Origin: the human T2T-CHM13v2.0 reference genome, Homo sapiens
Direction: 5' to 3' (one strand)
Assembly: GCF_009914755.1 (NCBI RefSeq)
Contig: NC_060945.1
DNA length: 64,000 bases
Under the pieces are notes generated by a model. It was not told the DNA's origin. It did not search any database and saw only the letters and a program-made list of their open reading frames with translations. Both the position numbers and the translations under genes were made by a program. Positions 13,466-28,226 of this stretch are shown piece after piece. How positions within the stretch are numbered: the stretch's first letter is position 1; every line of letters begins with the position of its first letter.

Positions 13466-14399
13466 TGAGACAATAAATAGATCCTGGGAAAAACTGTCCC
13501 CAGAAGTGTTCTTTTAAATTTGCACTACAGATGTAATCCAAGTTGAGTAAAATAGAAAAGCATGGATTTGCTGTTCCTGAAAGTCATTCATGGTTAATTG
13601 CCGAACACTTTCATCTGCAGTGTCTGTGGAAGGGTAGAACCTTAAGTAGTTTTTCATTCTCTGACTACTCAACTAGAAAGGCATAAGAGGCAACTCACTC
13701 TATGATATCTCACTGTTTGGCCTCTCCTGTTTCATAGTAGCAAAGGATTTTTGCACTTATCCACTAATTTATGATTTCTTCTTAATAAAGGAAACAAGAG
13801 CCTCTATTTATTATGATTCCTGCCATGTGTGAGGCTTGAGCTGGGTATTTTACATACATTATTTCATTTGATAATCACCTTTTCAAACTCTTCAACCACA
13901 TAAATGCATTACAGAGAGCTATTTTAGATAAACATGGTTATAAATATGTAAACTATATAAAACCATATGTTAGAACCATTCTGTTTCATGCTTTTAGAAA
14001 ATCTTACTATAGACCATAAATTAAAAACAGTAAATTATAAACCAAACACTTTTATGGGGTTTTTTTGGTCTTGCAGTTCTAGCTGAAGGAATACTGCACT
14101 TTAACTCACATGCTGATTAATTTTATTCACAAATTTTGAATTATAAAATGTGTAGAGTCACAGACAATTCAATTTTTTCAACACCCATTTTCCCAAGACA
14201 ATAACCGAAGTATACATACAGTAGCCACTATTGGCAAAAAATGTATTCCTCATTTATGGAAAAAGTGCAAATAAAGAAAAATTGCTGTTTATAAGCATAA
14301 TTCCAATGACTGCTGCGAGTGGGAAGCACAGTGATTTTGTGTTAGATCTCTAAGAGCTTACAAGATGGAAGCTTGTGGTGTAAGCATTTAGTGGTGCAA

Positions 14400-14435
14400 T
14401 ACTGTCATCTCGTGGTCAGTATGCAGTATTTCAGA
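14400..14435 (-). promoter_or_regulatory. Candidate CTCF site (core plus upstream motif)
   Basis: Minus strand TGAAATACT-gcatac-TGACCACGAGATGACAG resembles the CTCF U-motif and core; motif match only. Confidence 0.4.
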
Positions 14436-15575
14436 TTTAGTTGGAGAAAATGTCTGAAAATCGTTAACGATATTTCCAGTCTCCTTTCACATACTTACTC
14501 CCCAGAGAGTCTGATTTGTACACATAGACATGATAGAATCGGCTTGTTATTTAAACAAGCAGATGGATGTTGTATGAGATTGTTCCAGGAGTTTACTGCC
14601 TTAGACCCGGACGAGAGGGGCCCTGCCCTGGCCCCGTCAGTTAGAGGGCTCAGCTTTGACCTCTCCTGCCTGTACCCCTCTCCACAGATCAAGAAGTCCT
14701 CGGAACCAAGAAAACGCCCATCCAAAACCAAGCCCTTTTCTTCCCTTTACCTGCCCTCTATCTCACCTCACCAGCAGTTCCACTTTCCTGCATCTGGATG
14801 AATGCTCTAATGCTCTCACGTTGCCTGAGGTTTCATGAATAATAGCTGGCTGCCACTTCCCAGATATCATTTGCATTTGAGCAGCTTCCCGACATATAAC
14901 ACACCCCTTCCCAACAATAATAATGATGAAAGGAATTTTGAAGATGCAAAAACAGCCCCATGGAATAACTTTTCTCACCCCCTTCAAATCCTATCCCAGC
15001 ATGTATACAAGAACATGTGAGCACTTTCCAAACCTTAGCTCTCCGCTGCCACCTTCAGGACGATTTCAGTAACCGCAGATACTGCAGCTGCTTAGCTAAG
15101 AAACATTAACACTCCCAGACAGAGAAACCTGGCTGAATCCTGAAATAGAGCCAGGTGAGAAAAAAGTGGTCGGCATTTAGTTTATGGTATTTAGCAAAAT
15201 CTTGTAACATATTTTATTGGATACTCTATCAAATAACAGAATAACAATAGCTAACACCATATATAATGTAGACATGTGTAAGTAATAAAAACTGATAAAA
15301 CGTTTTGTTTTATATGTATAACAAAACTATATGAATATAAATAAAAATATGTATACATCCTACAGTAACAACAGCTGATATTTATTTGGAGCTTTTTCTG
15401 TGGCAGGCAGTATTCTGTATACTTCATCACTGTAAATATGTTTACATGTTTTGAAATGTCTCAATAACAACATGAGGTACATACTACTCTTAGTATGTTC
15501 CTTGCCCGTGGGGGACTCCTGTCTTTGCAGTGAGTCAGAAGATAATGACATAAAGCATAGACATAGCATTGCCCT

Positions 15576-16345
15576 GCATTCATTCAACAAATATCACCGA
15601 GCACTGAGAATGCAGAGATCAGTAGGACAAGCAAGTTCTTTGCTCACGACAATGTGTGCAGGTAGGGAGATGAGCAACGGAAAATAAATATTTTTAAGGG
15701 AATATATGAGTGATAAATGTAGCTTATAAAATGTATAACTATACTGGAAATCAAAATAGGGTGACGTGATAGAAAGTGACTGAGAGGCTATCATACATTG
15801 AGTGGTCCAAGAAGAGTTGCTATTAAAGTAGGGCCAATCTAAAAAAAAAAAAAACTATATGATGATCTATGGAGAACATTCCAGAAAGATATGAAGAGCT
15901 AGTGCAAAAACTTTGAGAAGGGAAGCATTTCAACATACTTGAAGAACACAAATAAGGCCATTGGCAGGGGTGAGAAGGGAAGGGAGAGGGTGGAAGAGGG
16001 AGGGCTGAGAGCCAAACACAGCCACAGCATGGAGGGCTTGATAAGCCAGGGCTGTGCAATGAGGTTTTTTACCAGGTGGGAAGAGAAGTTCTTAAAAGGC
16101 TCTGAGACTATCAAAAAGATCACTCCGGCTGCTCCATGGAGACAGGAATTTATGGTGCAGAGAACGTAGAAGCAAGATACCTAGTGAGAAATCACGTGCA
16201 ATATAGAGGCTCAAGAGACACCACCTTTGACTAGCAATGGAAATGGACAGATCTAGAAGATCCAGGTTTGTTGTGGCCATGGAGTCTACAGGTGTACCTG
16301 ATGTTTTCAATGTGGAACAGAAGGGAAAAGATGAACTGAAAGTCA
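15576..16345 (-). mobile_element. L2 fragment (degraded)
   Basis: CATTCATTCAACAAATA (L2 3' end) followed by a typical L2 antisense purine-rich body. Confidence 0.6.
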
Positions 16346-16816
16346 TACTTAGATATGGGAATTGCTATGACCTGGGAGGAGAAAGTTTCTGGGTGGCGAG
16401 AAGCAAATCTAGAGTTGTCCTGCAAGGCCCGGATGGAGGAGCCCATTCTGTCTTCCTGTTTGACCGCAGTCCAGCTATTGGACCTCATGGAGCCCTAATG
16501 TACTTATCTGTAAAAATGCAGGAGCAGGTTCCTGCCAGATCAGTTTCTCTGAGTCTCGTGGGATTTAATTGAAGTTGACACAGAATGACTTTAAAACCTT
16601 CCAAGCCAATGGCTAATGATGAAAATACATATGAAAATTAATTTGGGGGATCCTGTGCAGAGGAAAACAAAATAGTTCTATTCAACCCTCAAAGGAAATG
16701 TCCAGAAGTGAAGATGAAGTTATCTTTCAGAGTTCCAATACTCCTACCCCACTACCTGTTTAAAATGGACTTTTATGTTACATAATCCTGAAAATGTTAG
16801 GAGTCAAAATTCCTCT

Positions 16817-17475
16817 AGATAAATGTGGTACACATATACCATGGAATACTATGCAGCCATAAAAAGAAAACAAAATTGTATCCTTTGCACCAACGTGCAT
16901 AGGAAATCTTATCCTTTGCACCAACATGGATAGGACATCTTATCCTTTGCAACAAGGTGCTTTCAGAAGCAGGATGAGCACTGCAATTGAAGGCTAAGAG
17001 GAAATGGCTCTTGGCCAATTTAACTGATCAGTCTGTAAGAAATTAAAAGGAACATAACCAGAGAGAGATAGGGTATCTCTTATGAGAACATCAGAGGAGC
17101 GTCTATGGCTGTGTAATGTTGACATTCTCTTCTCAACGTGGATGCAGCTGGAGGCATTTCCTAAATGAATTAACACAGGAACAGAACAGCAAATACCACA
17201 TATTCACACTTCTAAGAGGGAGCTCAGTATTGTGTATGCATGAACATAAAGATGGTAACGATGCTGAGGACTACTAGAGTGAGGAGAGAGGGACAGGAGC
17301 AAGGGCTGAAAAGCTACCTATTGGCTACCATGCTCACTACCTGGGTGACAGGATCATTCAAACCCCAAGTCTCAGCATCACACAATACAGTCATGTAGCA
17401 AACCTGCACATGTACCACCTGAATCTACAATGAACATTGAAAAATGTAAAATAAACATTGAAATTATTTTTAAAA
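16817..17475 (+). mobile_element. L1PB/L1MA-type 3' end interrupted by a 31-bp triplication and a 172-bp templated insert
   Basis: ATACCATGGAATACTATGCAGCCATAAAAA at start; L1 resumes CAACGTGGATGCAGCTGG at 17134; AACCTGCACATGTACC end. Confidence 0.85.
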
Positions 17476-18439
17476 CAGAAGCATAAGAATATAAATTAAT
17501 AATGATATTCACCTTTTACTATACCTTGGTAAAAAATAATTATGAGTTCAGTTTAAAAAGTCTTCTAGATAACAAAAGTATCATACTGCTTTTAAATAAA
17601 CATGGTAGGTTGGAGTAAGTTCTTTTTCATTTGGCAGTGACATTGCTCTTCACACAAGTTTCCATCAAGTATTGAACCACTTGGGCTTGATTCTTTCCCT
17701 CAAGTTACTTTTGAAGGAGTCTGTGAGGTTTGGGGATTATTGCTGTGATATCTGGGTTTTCTAAAGAAAATTCCAGGAAACCAAAAGGATTTGGGACAAA
17801 GCATACATGAACAGGAAACAGAGACATGGAAATAAATATTCCATCTTCTGGGAAAACATGCACCATTATCAATTATATGGAGCTAATCTTCATTTTAAAA
17901 ATTGGTTCATCTTTCCATTGTCAGAGAGAGATTACAAAGATTGGTAATATTCCTGCCCTGTTCCTTAGAACTTTTAGAGAATTTCCATTTTCTAGTTTGC
18001 TTTCTCCAAAGACTTGGAGGTCAGCTGAACTATTCATATTACCAAACTCACGGGGATATGTGTCCCACCAACTGACCCATATTTGAGCAAATTGATCTAG
18101 ATTCTTGATAAATATTATTGCCCAATAAACATCACATACTTTTAAGATCTGGGTTTAACATATTATCAGACCTTGGAGACATGGCTCCTTAGATCCCCAG
18201 AAGCAGAGTTAATTTAGCTAACCAGTGGTGAGCTGCATTCTGCTGTACGAGTTTGCTCTACCTCCTAATGTAGCTATAATATTTGTAGGAGATTCCAGCA
18301 TTGGCCAAAAGAGTGGACTACCCTCCCTTTATGATTTCTTGGAACCCTAAAACTTTATGAGACTATGAATATGACTACGAACAAGGAGATGATTTTCTTC
18401 TCAGTAGTGAAAATCATTATATATACATATATGTCTTTA

Positions 18440-18620
18440 TAATCCTAATAGCACAACTTATATTGTTACTATGTTATATGGGCCAAGCATTGTTCCATGC
18501 TCAAATTAACTCATTTAATTCTCATAAGAACTTATGTGGTAAATACTATTATTATCCCATTTTTAGAGGAGGAGATTGAGGTAGAGAAAGTTGAAATGAT
18601 TACCTCAAAGTCAGAGGATC
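18440..18620 (-). mobile_element. MIR
   Basis: AACTCATTTAATTCTCAT...TATTATTATCCCATTTT...GAG core. Confidence 0.65.
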
Positions 18621-19546
18621 CAAAGTACCTGCCCATCTTAAGATAATTTGAAAGTATAAACTTGTTTTCTGCCATGAAGGACACACAGCCAAAATTCCAT
18701 ACAAAATTCCTAACAGCCCTGTCACTTTTTTAAATGTGCAAGAATCCAATCAAGAAGTGTGAATACTGATACTGTTCAGCACTTGGTGACCTTGAACTTG
18801 ATCGTCAGAGTATGATCCTCTAAAAGGCAATCTGTTTTAACATGGTCTTTGCTCACAGCACAGGAGGATAGCAATTTCAGGAGCAGGATGAGCACTGCAA
18901 TTGAAGGCTAAGAGGACATGGCTCTCGGCCAATTTAACAGATCAGTCTGTAAGAAATTAAAATGAACATAACCAGAGAGAGATAGGGTATCTCTTACGAG
19001 AACATCAGAGGAGTGTCTACAGCCATGTAATGTTGACATTCACTTCCAAAAACTGGCATATTCTCTAAAAGGACAGCAAACTGGATTGACATGCCAAAAC
19101 CACTAGTTGAAAAATAAAAATAATCCGTTATTAAGTCAGTTGTTTTGTCATTGCTATTTTCACCAATCTAATTGAACAGGCCAATGCTTTTACAAGAAGC
19201 AGACAAGTCACTCATCTTGAAGTTTAGGACTAATAGCTGAGTAAATGCTTCTGAAATACACAGAGAGTAGACTAACCAACAGTACTCACAACACAGTGAA
19301 TAAATACACTAATATATGTAGAAACCCAGGCATATATTAGGTTAAATTAAGAAAAGAGAAACACATGAATATCCTATAGAATGAGATTTGAGGAGAAAAA
19401 TCTTCTAAATATGAAATTAGGTTCCCTCATCATATTTAATTTTTAGCTGTAAGTAATCTATTCTAAGACCACAGTGTAGAACATCCCAGTACAGACACAC
19501 AGTTTAATAATTTAATAACTTCAGAAATAACCATAGATGTCAACTA

Positions 19547-19929
<383 letters not shown>

Positions 19930-20103
19930 TCATGCAGTTCATTAGTGACACAGCCAACTCTACAACCTGGTTCAGTCTTTCACAAAAATGAAAGAAAGAA
20001 TTGTTGGCAACAGAAATGCAGTTGGGCCTAAAATGTTGTGATACAGAACCTTTCAGCCATCTCTTCTCCACTCGCCATGTTTAGAAACTTCAGAGAGCAT
20101 TAA

Positions 20104-20458
<355 letters not shown>

Positions 20459-20727
20459 TTACTCACTACCTAATACTTCTAAGGGGTGTGGGTTTCTTAT
20501 CAACTGCATGAATTCTTCCTAAATGATCTTGAAAAGAACCCACTATCATTCTGAATGTTGCTTGGAAACATATCTACTGTTCAAAGTAACTTTGTTGAGC
20601 TTAGAATTTAAACAGAGGAAGATTAATGTCAGAGCATGTACCATGTGCAGATTAAAAACTCCACTGTGGGTTATTCCAGAAGTAGACCAGAATTTTTTTC
20701 ATTTTCTTTTTGAAATCGTGTGTCTAA

Positions 20728-21123
<396 letters not shown>

Positions 21124-22262
21124 AAGATTTATTTTTAAGAAAAGAAAAAAAAAATGTTTGTTTTATAGACAAGAAATTGGGAAAGAATAAATTGAACAGA
21201 ACATAAAACCCTTTCACTGTCTAAAAACAATTGGATTAGTCTCTGGTTCCCACTTAAGTTTTAAAATCTCTAAAATTAAAGTATCATGTGAAAGTCATGA
21301 AACCAGTTTTTAATGTACATTTTCTCAATTCCTGTTTGCCAGTGAATAGACTAATTGTCCCCAAACCAAACAAAGTCCAATCTTACAGAGCTAAACAAAC
21401 AGAAAATCAAAATAACTGGAAGGAGCATCATCATCTGGTTATCTGGTCATCATAATAACCAGAGAGTGAATCAACTGATCCCAGGATAGTCCAAAGGACC
21501 AAACAAACAGCTGTCATTCCAGTTAGTAGTACCTCACTTGACGGAGCACATCATAAAGTCCTTCTAAGACGTTTCTAATCAAGGTATGTGAGCCTGGCTT
21601 CCAACATACCTCAGAGACATAGAAATGCCCTATGATAATCTTGATGCTTCTTCCATAGTCATGTCTTGAATACTATTATTCTTGCAATATAGTATATGTT
21701 TTCTTCCACTGTCATAAAAAAATGGAAATGCTTCAATCTCACCTAAAGACAGACCCTTCCAGCTGTGGATACTGAGTGTCCACACACAGCGAACAGAGCC
21801 CTGGGTTAGCCATCAGGAGAACAGGGACCACTCTCAACTCAGTCTTTTCCCAGCCTTGTGTCCTTAGCAAGTCTCTGCACCACGTCCTCATCGGATGGGG
21901 GCAGAAATGAGAGAGAAAGGGATAAAGCCAGCTCTACATGCCTCTTGAAAAGCAGAAGCACTACAAAATGTAAGATATTATTGTTGTTACAATGCAAAGG
22001 GTGAAGCCAGGAGCACCCCACTGTCATGACACAGAGGGCCACGGCAGAGGCCCATGGGGATGTGGGGCAGGTATCAACGGATGGCCTGTGTGCACAGTGA
22101 GCCCATCCTTCTCCATTCGTGCTTGGCATCATGAACCACGAATGGTTCTTCTTACCCCTGAAGAACCATTATTGTTAAGTTCTGCAGTCCCTGCTATGGA
22201 AATGAGGCTGTGGTGATGCCTTGGTGCGATGGCTCTTAAGCAAGAATGGTTCTCCAGGGTTA

Positions 22263-22562
<300 letters not shown>

Positions 22563-23889
22563 TTACATTTTTCCAGAATCCTTAGTGCCTGCAATACTAG
22601 AGCATGTGCTTTCTTGCATATGGCCAGAATAGATCATCTGGCACCTCCCAGAGTTCACCCCTAACTCCCAGGGTCATTATGGGAGCAGAAGGATTGACAT
22701 TCTCAATCATCATTGAAGAAAGGATGCCCCTAAAGAGAAAATAATGCCCAGTACATCATAAATCCTACCTCAGCTTTTAAGGCAGGTGATTTGAATCCTC
22801 AGCAGTAACTTCATCTCTAAGGGTAGCCATTTACAAATCTGAGAGTTAGCCATATACAGTAATGTGAAAAGAAACACCTTTCACAAAACAGCACTATTTC
22901 GGAAAAAGAATTTATTCTGCTTAGTTTTATGAAATTCTTTTCTATAACCTACCTATCTACTATTTTTGTCTAGATAGAGATTTGGTCCTTTCAAACACAC
23001 GTGCACACGCAATGCCCTCCTGTCTCCTTTTTTGGGATGCTCCTCCATCTAAAAAGGCAGTGGAATTCCAAAGGTTACTAAATATACTCTGGCTTTTTCA
23101 TGGCGTGCAATAATAAAATAATGCTCTCTTTTCATCTGTTTTTGTCTTTTTAGGTAAAAGTATTTTTTCAGGAAGGAACTTTCTAAGATCATTCAGTACG
23201 TGTTTGGAGTGAAGCCCTGTTCATTTTCATTTCTACAAATCTCATACCAGAAAGATCTAATGCAGCCCCACTCCTATGTGTAGCTTCCATCAGTGTCAAT
23301 GCCAGAGAGGCCCAAGGGCCCCCTCGCACAGTTGAGTATATAACCTCATGAGTCCACAACTTCACTTCCCCGAGTGAAGAGAAGAATGGAAGTGAAGAAA
23401 AGAATGGAAATTCAATCGGTACCAGCAGACTGTCAGTTCCTCCAGTAGCAAACAATAAATGCATCTGAGGAAGTTCTGGTGAACCAATCAACAGGGGGGC
23501 TTTGTTCTGAACTTGGCGGAGCCTACCTCGTGCCTTGTAAATGTCAGTGTGTGTACGTGTGAGGGTCTGACATTACTCAGCAGCACATACCAAAGGCCAG
23601 GAATTTGGCAGAGTGAGGCTGATTACAATGCCTAAAAATATTCTGTTTTATCAAAATCTATTCTGATGCCTTTTAGCATGTGGGCAAAATGCTAGAGCAG
23701 CAGGCTCTTTAGGAAGCGGAAATTCTGAGAGGCGTTCCAAATATCCAAAACGACACAACCTCATTGTGTAAGAAGTAACCCTTCAGCTTAAATTCTTGTT
23801 GTTTGTCTATTTTTATCTCAACAGAATTTTTTTTTGTAAACCATGTAAGGCAATGATCTCTCCTTTGTAAACATTTATAAAATGTAATA

Positions 23890-24290
23890 TAATTTATTTA
23901 ACAAATAATTATTGAGAGCCTATTATACACAAGGCACTTTGTTGGGCTTAACAGGGACTATAAGGTCAAATAAAAAACTGTTCTTATTTTTAATGTGCCT
24001 GCAATAAGAAAAGCGTTAAGACCTTTCCTGAGAATGAGCTGCTCTGGGCAAGGCAAACTGTGATCCAGGCTTTAGAAGAGGCAAGAAGCAAGAGCTAGGG
24101 AGAAACGGACAAGGGAGGAATTAATTTTCTGCTAAGAACTGGCAAAGGCTTCTTGAGGGTTGTGGCATTTTGATGTGGGCCTTTCAGAGTAGATAGAGTT
24201 GGCCAGGCAGAGCTGAGGAGTGCTCTAGGCAAAGGCAGCAGCATGGGTGTGTGCAGAGATGGGAAGTCCAGGGCAGTAGAAGAATTCGTG
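23890..24290 (-). mobile_element. L2 fragment
   Basis: ATTTAACAAATAATTATTGAGAGCCTA L2 3' signature followed by degraded body. Confidence 0.6.
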
Positions 24291-25664
24291 TGAGGTCTTC
24301 AGAGGTCTTCATCATCACCAGGGATAGGATTTTTCCAAAATGAGAAGGCTAATGGCACCTAGAAAATGTACTACAGTGCGGTAGACTCTAAACAAAAGGA
24401 AGGGTATCATTTCTGTGAAACTGCCAAAGCCACAAGAGTGATAAATTAGGCCGGAGGGAGGCAAGGCTTAATCCTCATTTGTTGAACATGTTAAAAACAT
24501 GTGTGTCCACCACGTACATGTACACACAAACACACTCTAGGCACGCCACCTTATAGCAATTCTTCCTTTTTCAGCAACTGATGTACTCTTTGTCCTGGGT
24601 TTTAGTTTAGGTAGCTCCCTCTCATTACAGATTGACCAAGAAGCTGCAACTTATGTTTCTACCATAGAGTTTGTGGGAGTAAATACAAGAGGTGTGATGT
24701 CTATCTTCTGTGGGAAGAGCTCTGGAAGGCTTGCTCAGGAATCACCTTTATGTTTACCTGTAAACTGATACTTAAAGAATAATTGTCTAGCAATTGTGAG
24801 GAAGACTGATTGCCAAGTTATGACACTACCAGATAGAGCCAGCCAGGTGCTACTGCATAGCCATTCAACAAACAGTTACTCAGTGCTCACTGTCTACACA
24901 GGTATGAGGCGATGAAAATTGTGCCTGAGAAATGCCTAATAAGACAGAAATAAGAGCAACGCCATTTCTGTGTGTGAGAGAACAGGACTGGTCAATCTAC
25001 TGATGGATTGCAGTCTCTCTCTTATACCCAGATGCCTATATGCATATACCCTTATACCTATATGCACGAAGAAGAGCTAGAAATAAAGGATATATTCTAG
25101 CACAAAAGGTATATTGAACCAAACATTAAAATATATGTGTGAGCCCAATTTTCACATTTCTAAGGCCAGAATTGTAGCAGCTGAAGTCAAGTAACTTCTG
25201 ATCATCGGCACAGTTTTCATGAGTGTTCTCCATAACTCCCTAACTCAAGAAGACAGACACAAGGCCAGTTCTGGCATTTGGTTCATTACCAGTGGCCACA
25301 GATATACTTTGTTTTTCCGAGCAACAGGTGAGTTGTTCAACCATGCATTCCCTATGAACTGTGCATCTGTCTACCCTGGGGCCACCTAATGTCACAACCA
25401 ACCAACCTTAGCCAACAGCACCACTGATGGCTAAACCACTTAGTGGTTTAACTTCCAATCTCTTCCTCACTGCACCTTCCTACAGAGGCAGATCATGCAT
25501 ATACCATGTGCCCAGTTTTTCTGTCTTTCCCCACCCTCTAGCCATTTACTGTCACTTCAGGCGGCCTTTTTTCACACTTCACTCTCTACTTCATTCCATG
25601 TAGAAAATGATCTCAGGAAAATCTCCATCCATTCCAACCATAAACCAAAAATTTATTTTATTCT

Positions 25665-25870
25665 TTAGCTCCTATTTGAGTCTCACCTTGTATTATAAAA
25701 CACATTAAATATGTATCATTTCACTTGATTCTCCAAACAACCTTGTGAGATAGATATCACTTATCACAATTTACAGAGAAGACAAGTGCCTTTTGCCAGA
25801 GAGTTTAGCTAGTAAGTGAAAGAACAGGTCTACAAACCAAGGCCTCTTGATTCCCAAACACTTTGTCCTT
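25665..25870 (-). mobile_element. MIR
   Basis: CATTTCACTTGATTCTCC...CCTTGTGAGATAGAT...TTTACAGAG core. Confidence 0.55.
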
Positions 25871-28226
25871 CTAGGGTAAAACAATAGTACTAATGGTTCA
25901 CCTGCTATAAATAAGAAAGGAGAATTTTTACATTTTGACATGAAATTAACATAAGAAACCAAAACTTCCAACAGCAATATCATGTAAAACTATTCAGAAG
26001 TCTCCTTCAGCATCTAGACAATGTTCTGACTTAGATAGCTTTTTCTCAAGAAGGGTGTCTAAGATTGATGTAATCAATGCTATTTTCTACTTATGGTAAA
26101 TAATTCACTTAATAACTTTTGTTCTATCATTCATTGCAAATACAATATTTTAGTTTCATCATGTTGTACATGGAATAGCCTGGATAGTTAGTATTGCTTT
26201 GAACTCTACTACACATACTGCTATTCTTGCATTAATTTATTCAGCAAATGTCTATTAAATATTTTCTATAGTAAAGATGCTACACCGTACAGTATTAGGA
26301 ATATCAAATTATGCCAGCACACTCTAAGTCGATCTATTTATAAGGTGTCATCCATGCTTAATTCAGGTATCATGTAAGTGATTCAAACTAAATGACAGGA
26401 ATGAAGAGAACCCAATTATGGTTAAATTTTTTAAATAATAAAACCAATTGGCACATTTTTATGTATTTATAAGAATATTTCATACCATGGGAGCAGAATG
26501 GAGGAAAAGATGAAAGGGAAACAAATTTTAGTTTGTTTCCTTAAAGAAATATATGTTAGATTTTCTCATTCCTGCCTGCCCCATTCCTCTGTCTGCTGAA
26601 CAGAATCAATGATAGCAGCAGCCGAGATCCCAGTGGACCCTCTGGCCAAATGCAGCTGCATGAGTAAGCCCAGGTAAAGACAACAAAGGAACTCCCCTGC
26701 CCAAATACAGATGTGTTAGTTTTAAATTGTTTAATTTAACTTTGTTGTTTAAATTTGTTGTTGTTAAATCACTGTTGTCTGCAGATGAGAAGTTGCAGGG
26801 TAGTTTGCTACACAACAATCGACAGCAGATAGAACAAAACAGAATTCCCTAAAGACTGCAGGGCCAGAAGAAAGAATTGAGTTGGTCAGGACAAAAGAGT
26901 GGATAACAGTACTGACTAGGATAAGCGTAGACGTAAGGCCAAGAGGGGGTTTCCATGAAGGAGTGTGAGGAGGGCATTCTGGGACAGCAGAAACAGAGTT
27001 TGTTCAGGAGCTTTTCCTGGGTATAAGAGACAGACTGCAACCAGAGGAAATACAGCAGATAAGGCTATGCATTAGGAATGAATTTCTCCATTCCATCATT
27101 TTCTCAGTAAACTGAGTAAAGATCTCAATTGCTTTCAATTGTTTATTATAAATGAAAATTTGCTTTGAGATTCATTTTAAATATGCATTCTCAGTAATTC
27201 TTTTTACTTTAGGGGCAGAGGATGTATAACGGATGATTTTCCTCTTAGCCATATGGAAGAGTTGGACAAATAAACTAAGTAAGATTCTAAGAAGAAGGAA
27301 GATTAAATACAGCTAGATTGTGATCCTAAGACAAAAATGAAGGAGCTAAGGCATGCAGACTAGCTGGTCAGTTATTTGCTGACACCTTAGTATTCTAGTG
27401 TAGATGGAAGACTGAATAGGAGGCCAAGAAAACAACAGAACAAGAAAGGCAGGAGCCATGATTAAGAATGAGTTGCTCTGTGCAATCATGTTGGGCGGGA
27501 CAAAAAGAGAAAGTCAATTTTTGGACTTAAGAACTAGAAATTAAGAGGCAAATATGATCATAGCAAAGGAGTAAAAGTAGAAAGGAATCTGGAAAAGACA
27601 AAAAGGAAGTTGGTCACAACACTAACTCATCCATCGCAGAGAACCAGAGGAGTTGGCAGCAGATGAGGGAAAGGAAATCCGTGTGGCAGTGAGGAGCTCA
27701 GCAACTGGCACAAGAGAGAACTATGAAGTTGGAGAAAACTAAGTTAGGAAGGGCAACGAGCAGAAGAGAAGATGACTAAGAAGAGAAATTCTTAATAGTA
27801 AGGCAACAAGAATAAAACCAACGTGCTCTTAATAATATGTGTGTTGCATTGTATTAAATTCTTTGGAACACTTCCCATGAAACCCGATCCTCAGGCATGA
27901 AAATAACATGTCAAACCTCCCCATGACAGGTTACCTAAAAATAACTTCCAGGTACCAGGGGAAGCTGGTGAATAGGCTGGAGCTCAGTGATTTGTGGATC
28001 TAGATAGGCTTTTTAGATCCAGAAAGTACACAATCCAGCAATTCATTCCAAGTTAGAGAAGTATGTATGCCTGCTGCGGCCCCTCTCCAGGGCTACCAAT
28101 GTCTGCTGCACTCTCACTCCTGGTAGTCAGCTGAGTAGTCTGGCATAGCTGGTTTTCAAAATGCAATTGTCACAATAAATGGATAGGTGCCCTCTGATGT
28201 CCCTTTGAGATCCAAAGTCCTAGGAT

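Noticed and set aside
14373-14801. 142-aa ORF
   Set aside because: Non-ATG start and no recognisable homology.
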